From IMG/VR virus record IMGVR_UViG_3300036399_001951, positions 64,001 to 128,000 of that record: a DNA stretch of 64,000 bases; one strand, given 5' to 3'. The DNA comes from a virus. Shown piece by piece: positions 59,121 through 64,000 of the stretch. The position numbers and the translations under genes are program-made. A model generated the notes under the pieces. That model saw only the letters and a program-made list of their open reading frames with translations, was not told the DNA's origin and did not search any database. Positions within the stretch are counted from its first letter, which is position 1, and each line of letters starts with the position of its first letter.

Positions 59121-59304
59121 GAAGTTGTTTTAAGTTAGGTAAAGAAAGGTCAACTCCGTAGTTGGCCTTTTCTTTTGCGGTATCCCCGGAGCGGGTAGCA
59201 TCCCTCCCGCCTCGCTCCGAGAAACGTACAAAAATATATTATCTAAAATTTTCAGGATTAAGGAATTCTTCTTATATTTACTTATAACTTAAAAACAAAA
59301 AGAA

Positions 59305-59670
59305 ATGAAAAATGTAACAGTATTAGCAATTGGAGTAGTTCAACCTGAAAACGGAAAAACTTGTTATGATTGGAATATGTATGATTCTGTGCCAGGAGTG
59401 ATCTCCTTGACCTCAAGTGGATTCTTAATGTATCATGCTAATGAAGATGATTTTACACCGGGCGATCAATTACAATTAATCGCTAATGATTCAAATAGAA
59501 AATTAAAAACGGCAACAATCGTTGAATCATGTAGCGCAAACCGAGAGGATGTCCTAGCAATGTTATTACGTAACCAATATGATTATTATCCAGCTAGAGC
59601 ATTTAAGAAAAAGAGATTCTCTCGTAAATTGAGTACATCATATTCAGTAAAAGGAATTTATATTAGTTAG
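59305..59670 (+). CDS. Hypothetical early protein
   Basis: After promoter. Confidence 0.6.
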   Translation: MKNVTVLAIGVVQPENGKTCYDWNMYDSVPGVISLTSSGFLMYHANEDDFTPGDQLQLIANDSNRKLKTATIVESCSANREDVLAMLLRNQYDYYPARAFKKKRFSRKLSTSYSVKGIYIS

Positions 59671-59870
59671 TTGTTTGTTTTGTTTAAGTTCTGATTAAGC
59701 CGGCACCAGCCGGCTTTTTCTTTTTAGGTGGCCATGCCCGCCCGGAGCCAGCTCTCCTCGGGCGCTCTCGAGGCGGGGCCGCTCCGGAAAATGTACAAAA
59801 ATATATTCTCTAAAATTTTCAAGATTAAAGTATTTTGCCTATATTTACTTATAACTTAAAACAAAACAAT

Positions 59871-60125
59871 ATGATTGATGTAATTTATGTGGCAGTTCTA
59901 GACTTTAATCTATGCAGCGTTAGCCTTTATGAGATTGAAAAGCAAGAAGCATTGGATATTGCAGATGACCTAGATATTGAGTTTGAGATTGACACCTTAG
60001 ATGAGATAGTATGTGAATATATGCATTCAAACCGCGGTCACCGAGCAAGCGAATGTCAGTATATGTTTTCAACTGAACCAATTCCTCTCCATATCCCATA
60101 TCAAATAGAATTAACTGAAGAATAA
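59871..60125 (+). CDS. Hypothetical early protein
   Basis: Start moved to MIDVIYV. Confidence 0.6.
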   Translation: MIDVIYVAVLDFNLCSVSLYEIEKQEALDIADDLDIEFEIDTLDEIVCEYMHSNRGHRASECQYMFSTEPIPLHIPYQIELTEE

Positions 60126-60298
60126 GTTTATTGATTATTACCGCAGGGGCCAGGAGACTGGCCTTTTTTAGGCATTCCTCTCGGAGCGGGTAGCCAGAAG
60201 AGAAACCCGCTCCGAATAATTGACAAAAAAATTTAAAATAAATTTTCAGGATTAAAGTATTTTGCCTATATTTACTATATAACTTAAAACAAAACAAG

Positions 60299-60658
60299 AT
60301 GAATATTGATGTTAACTTAATCTTACCTGAAGGTAAGGATTATCAGAGAGCCAAGGAGATGGACTTCTATAAACATGGCATGAGGAACTGGTTCTATGGG
60401 AACGGTGCGCCAATTCAAAGCCTAGCAGAGAAGCAAGCTAAACTTATTAAAGACCCTGTTAAATTAGTGCGCAGAGCCAAGGCAGTTGCAGCAGTGTGGG
60501 GCACTAGAGATTATCATGGGTATGCAAGTGGAGTACCGAAGGAGGAAAACGTTTGGAATCCCTTTGAGAATGCCCTACGTGCAATGGGATTTACTCATGA
60601 ACAGATCAATTCAATTAGCTCGCATAGAGAATCAGATGAAGTATTAAGAAGAGCTTAA
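60299..60658 (+). CDS. Hypothetical early protein
   Basis: After promoter. Confidence 0.6.
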   Translation: MNIDVNLILPEGKDYQRAKEMDFYKHGMRNWFYGNGAPIQSLAEKQAKLIKDPVKLVRRAKAVAAVWGTRDYHGYASGVPKEENVWNPFENALRAMGFTHEQINSISSHRESDEVLRRA

Positions 60659-60661
60659 GAC

Positions 60662-61138
60662 ATGGAACTTATTCTAAAAATCAAGGACAATCTGCATATC
60701 ATAGGGAATCGGATCTATAGCTACGAAACTGAGGTTGCCTCTATTGGCAAACACATTATCACTGCATACTCCACATACAGCAGAACTACAGGTAAACATG
60801 TAAACTTTATTTCACACCTATTAAACCTGCCAATCGTACACTCTACTCGTAAAAAGGCCGCCTATTCTAAATTGCAATATGGAGCCAGATGTAAGTATGA
60901 TGGCAGCTTATCAAGCAAGGCTAGCATCTCCGTAGTCAATGAACTCAAGTCTGGAGCGAATCTCATGACTGCTTGTGCAAGATGCTGGAACAGTATGGGT
61001 AATCGAGACAGGTCAACAGTAAGAGATTATTATGGATACACTGGCAAGGGAGCGGAGTTCGACGACCTGATTGTAATAGCCGGGCTCGGGATTATCATTA
61101 CAGATGAAGCAATTGATTTATCAAAAATATCAATTTAA
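60662..61138 (+). CDS. Hypothetical protein (IYSYETEVA..YSRTTGKH family)
   Basis: Common small-phage motif; C-terminal IDLSKISI. Confidence 0.6.
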   Translation: MELILKIKDNLHIIGNRIYSYETEVASIGKHIITAYSTYSRTTGKHVNFISHLLNLPIVHSTRKKAAYSKLQYGARCKYDGSLSSKASISVVNELKSGANLMTACARCWNSMGNRDRSTVRDYYGYTGKGAEFDDLIVIAGLGIIITDEAIDLSKISI

Positions 61139-61194
61139 ATTTTCAGGTCCCAAAGATTCTCTGTATATTTACTATATAACTTAAAATAAAAGTA

Positions 61195-62148
61195 ATGAAA
61201 GCAAAGCAAATAACTCTTAGTGCATCCTATATCAAATCACTCAGTGTGGAGAATAAGATAAATTTCTTATCGAATGATATTTGCCCTGATGAAATTATTG
61301 AACTCTTATCAAATGATCGTAGCCATAGAGTAAGAGCCGCAATTGCTGCACACACTAATTGTCCAATTGAACTATTAATTAAGTACTCGAATGATGCGCA
61401 CCCAGGGGTATTATGCGGTATTGCGAGTAATCCAAAAATTCCATATGATATCTTAGTTAAATTGTCAGATTCTGAGACAGATATAGTGGTAGTTGGCGTT
61501 GGTGAAAACCCTTCAATTGATTCTAAATTAAAGAATAAAATTCTAGAGCGATTGGCATTTGAATTTAATTGCTACTATAACGCGGTAGAGAGCCTAATCG
61601 CAAGTCCGGAAATAAAATCTTCTCTTATTAATAAATTATCTAAACACTCTAATTGGAATGTAAGGAGAGCGGTTGCAAGGAAGCCTTATCTCTCTAATGA
61701 TGTAGTGAATCGCTTAGCCGGTGACAACGACTGTGATGTACAAGATGCGATTCTGGAAAATGAATCATTAGAGATTACATCGAAAATGTTAAACATTCTT
61801 GTTAAGACGGGAAGTTGGCAGAATCGTCAAATCATTGCATCACGTATGGATTGTCCCCTAGATGTATTAATCTATATTGCAGAAACAGACGATGATACTG
61901 ATGTATTGAATTCTATGTTGAAGAATAGCAAGTGTCCGCTTGAAGTACTGGTGATTGTTGTTAACCGAGCCGATAGAGGAGAATCGTTAGGTACAGCAAG
62001 TGCAGCAGCACGAAGAAAGTTAACCCAAGCTATAAAATCAGGAGGACTTTTGGTTAAGGAACAAATTGAAGGAATGAAGACAATGTTGGAGCTTGGATTT
62101 AAATTATCAGCAGGTGACTCCGTAGTCTTAAATGAAATTAATATCTAA
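61195..62148 (+). CDS. LRV/HEAT-like repeat protein
   Basis: About 24-aa repeats VRAAIAAHTNCP, GIASNPKIP, VRRAVARKP. Confidence 0.75.
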   Translation: MKAKQITLSASYIKSLSVENKINFLSNDICPDEIIELLSNDRSHRVRAAIAAHTNCPIELLIKYSNDAHPGVLCGIASNPKIPYDILVKLSDSETDIVVVGVGENPSIDSKLKNKILERLAFEFNCYYNAVESLIASPEIKSSLINKLSKHSNWNVRRAVARKPYLSNDVVNRLAGDNDCDVQDAILENESLEITSKMLNILVKTGSWQNRQIIASRMDCPLDVLIYIAETDDDTDVLNSMLKNSKCPLEVLVIVVNRADRGESLGTASAAARRKLTQAIKSGGLLVKEQIEGMKTMLELGFKLSAGDSVVLNEINI

Positions 62149-62203
62149 AAGATTTTCAGGTCCCAACTAAACTTAGTATATTTACTATATAACTTGAATA
62201 AAC

Positions 62204-63010
62204 ATGTACTATCCAACACATCAAGAAATTTTAGACCTACCTTCGGTAAAGAGAAATATTGCAGAATTTAAAAAGCTTGGCTTAGACGTTGCTGTGATCT
62301 GTAACACCGGGACCAGAGCCTATAATAACGGAACCAGAAAGATCCAAATGCCAGCATGGGTGTGGAGAACTAAGAGTAAATATATGTATGAGGAGTTTGC
62401 AATTTACCCAGATCGCGGAACGGTCATAAGCGTTCCGAATGGATACACGATCAAACAAGTTGCACCCTTAAAAACCTTAGAAGATTGGGATAACTTATTT
62501 CAACTCCTGTTTGAACTTAAGTTCTCTCCTGATTTTTATAGAGCGGAGATATCTACTTCAGTTGTGGAATTAGATGAATTGGCTAGATCTAAAGATACTC
62601 GTATAAAAGGACGAGTTGCTAATAATAAGCATACCTCCCCAGATACCTTACGTAAACTTTGGAAATCTTCTAAAGCTGAGGTGGTGTTTGATGGTTTACT
62701 AACTAATCCTAATTTACCCTCAGATATCCTAGCCTTAATATATAAGAAGAGGGAATCTTTTGCTTCTAGATACCACACCAGTGATACATGGATTGAGGCC
62801 CGTATAATGGAGAACCCCAATACTCCAATTGAAATTCTATTGGGAGCAGATTGGAACGAGTATCCAACAGCCAGGGAAATCGTTGTTAACTCTGCAGATA
62901 AATTGACTTCAGAGCAGGATAGGAATAGGATACTTGGTCTAGTTACTATGAAAGACATGGGGATTCCAATTTCCAATGAACCAATTGATTTAAGTAAAAT
63001 AGAAATATAG
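62204..63010 (+). CDS. Protein with C-terminal LRV/HEAT-like repeats
   Basis: VANNKHTSP, LLTNPNLP, IMENPNTP; tail IDLSKIEI. Confidence 0.7.
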   Translation: MYYPTHQEILDLPSVKRNIAEFKKLGLDVAVICNTGTRAYNNGTRKIQMPAWVWRTKSKYMYEEFAIYPDRGTVISVPNGYTIKQVAPLKTLEDWDNLFQLLFELKFSPDFYRAEISTSVVELDELARSKDTRIKGRVANNKHTSPDTLRKLWKSSKAEVVFDGLLTNPNLPSDILALIYKKRESFASRYHTSDTWIEARIMENPNTPIEILLGADWNEYPTAREIVVNSADKLTSEQDRNRILGLVTMKDMGIPISNEPIDLSKIEI

Positions 63011-63189
63011 TGGAAGACAAGATAGATCGCATACTAAACATATTAAGCGAACGCAATAGATCCCTACAGGAAGAGCTTGATTCCTGTGGGGGGAGCGAGG
63101 ATGAGGACGCAAGCTTGATCTTCGAGGTAAACTCGGCTCAGATCGCATTGCTGGAAGAATTATATGAAGAGATAAAAAGTTTAAAATAA
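63010..63189 (+). CDS. Small coiled-coil protein (GTG start, missed by ORF track)
   Basis: VEDKIDRILNILSERNRSLQEEL..LEELYEEIKSLK. Confidence 0.45.
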   Translation: MEDKIDRILNILSERNRSLQEELDSCGGSEDEDASLIFEVNSAQIALLEELYEEIKSLK

Positions 63190-63240
63190 ATTTTCAGGTT
63201 TCAAAGATTCTTTGTATATTTACTTATAATTTAAATAGAG

Positions 63241-63474
63241 ATGAACAAAACTTTTTATTTATTAGTAACTGGACCCAAGGTATATTTACCAGGTGGGCGC
63301 AAACTTGAGAAGATAGAGATTACTCAAGAGGATATTGATGATACTCGTGAAGGGGACGAGAGTGACGAAGATGTACTCAATTATTTTATTGAAGATGAGA
63401 TATCTGCATGGGAACAGCATTGGTGTAAAGCAGTAGTAATTACAGAAGATGAATATAATAAATTAAAACAATAA
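63241..63474 (+). CDS. Hypothetical early protein
   Basis: After promoter. Confidence 0.6.
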   Translation: MNKTFYLLVTGPKVYLPGGRKLEKIEITQEDIDDTREGDESDEDVLNYFIEDEISAWEQHWCKAVVITEDEYNKLKQ

Positions 63475-63539
63475 TCTTAAAATTTTCAGGACCCAAGTAT
63501 TCTTTGTATATTTACTTATAACTTAAAAACAAAGGAAAA

Positions 63540-63758
63540 ATGAAATTATCTAAATGCTGTGATGCAAAAGTAAGAGTAGTAATGACGGACGATGAGGTCG
63601 GACATGGGATGTATGAAACGACTGAATGCTCTGATTGCGGAGAGCTAGAACCTGAGGTATATGAAGCTGCTTGTAAACATGAGAATACATTCGTTTCAAT
63701 ACGCCACACATCTGGAATTGAATTAGTGAAATGTAAAGATTGTGGTGCATCACTATAA
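63540..63758 (+). CDS. Small Zn-ribbon protein
   Basis: SKCC, CSDCG, CKH, CKDCG. Confidence 0.65.
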   Translation: MKLSKCCDAKVRVVMTDDEVGHGMYETTECSDCGELEPEVYEAACKHENTFVSIRHTSGIELVKCKDCGASL

Positions 63759-63774
63759 TTAAAAAGAGAGAGAT

Positions 63775-63990
63775 ATGGAATTATTATTTAAGACATCCGA
63801 GCAAGTAACATTAAACACCGTAACCATGCAGCACCCGACGGAAGGCGTGTTAGTGTACACGGAATGGGTTAATGACCAAGGCCGCATTATGGATTGTGAG
63901 ATTCGCAGCAAAGACGGCCACCTCATTGAGGAATCAGAGGACCACTGTTTAGTATCAGAAGTATACCAGTTTGTAGACAGCTTAAAATAA
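63775..63990 (+). CDS. Hypothetical protein
   Basis: ORF in operon. Confidence 0.55.
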   Translation: MELLFKTSEQVTLNTVTMQHPTEGVLVYTEWVNDQGRIMDCEIRSKDGHLIEESEDHCLVSEVYQFVDSLK

Positions 63991-64000
63991 GAGACAATGA

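Larger units (their letters stand above)
49310..63530 (+). promoter_or_regulatory. About 20 copies of an early promoter TTTC-N19-TATATTTA(C/T)..TAACTTAAAACAA
   Basis: TATATTTA at 49385, 50798, 51178, 52161, 53373, 54044, 54555, 54948, 56025, 56657, 57448, 58112, 58689, 59273, 59840, 60267, 61164, 62177, 63215 and 63507, each just upstream of an ATG. Resembles Bacteroides TTTG-N19-21-TAnnTTTG. Confidence 0.85.

Noticed and set aside
50620-59871. Long N-terminal extensions in the ORF track (50824, 51117, 51723, 54439, 55814, 56652, 59835) and ORFs 54757, 55660, 57299
   Set aside because: They run through promoter, terminator and palindromic-box sequence; the real starts are the ATGs after the A-rich leaders
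48340-60300. CRISPR array or mini-array
   Set aside because: The repeats are short, degenerate and irregularly spaced around genes; there is no constant repeat-spacer period and no cas genes
774-63753. Numerous short antisense or overlapping ORFs (for example 7530, 11692, 25045, 36162, 45929, 50334, 62536)
   Set aside because: They lie opposite or within better-supported genes and lack motifs or promoters
1-64000. Stop-codon reassignment (TAG/TGA) as in some large phages
   Set aside because: Recognisable genes are intact under the standard code, and TAG/TGA end genes at sensible positions before terminators or overlaps
1-64000. tRNA/rRNA genes
   Set aside because: No cloverleaf or T-loop context was recognised by eye in the intergenic regions; tRNAscan-SE would be needed to exclude them fully

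Overview
A 64-kb segment of a large, AT-rich, T4-like (jumbo-type) tailed phage genome. The host is most likely Bacteroidota, judging by two Bacteroidota-type RpoD-like sigma factors, DUF4494, a phage bS21, A-rich leaders without Shine-Dalgarno sequences and Bacteroides-like early promoters. Positions 1-48300 are mostly late/virion and middle genes: terminase large subunit (5' end cut off), ECF sigma, gp26/gp51-like baseplate genes, T4-type DNA beta-glucosyltransferase, NUDIX, bS21, multi-domain lysin, DNA ligase, MoxR-vWA-metallopeptidase trio, SGNH hydrolase and NlpC/P60. About 20 late ORFs start with a T4 capsid-targeting-like leader. A GC-rich, repeat-laden non-coding kb (48340-49340) separates this part from an early region (49.4-64 kb) built of about 20 repeated cassettes. 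A typical cassette runs: 31-bp palindromic box GGAGCG-N19-CGCTCC, then a promoter TTTC-N19-TATATTTA in helical phase with the box, then an AACTTAAAACAA leader, then 1-2 small ORFs, often the reverse complement of the leader, and a terminator hairpin. No tRNA, rRNA or CRISPR array was seen. All family calls are by-eye motif recognition, not database searches.
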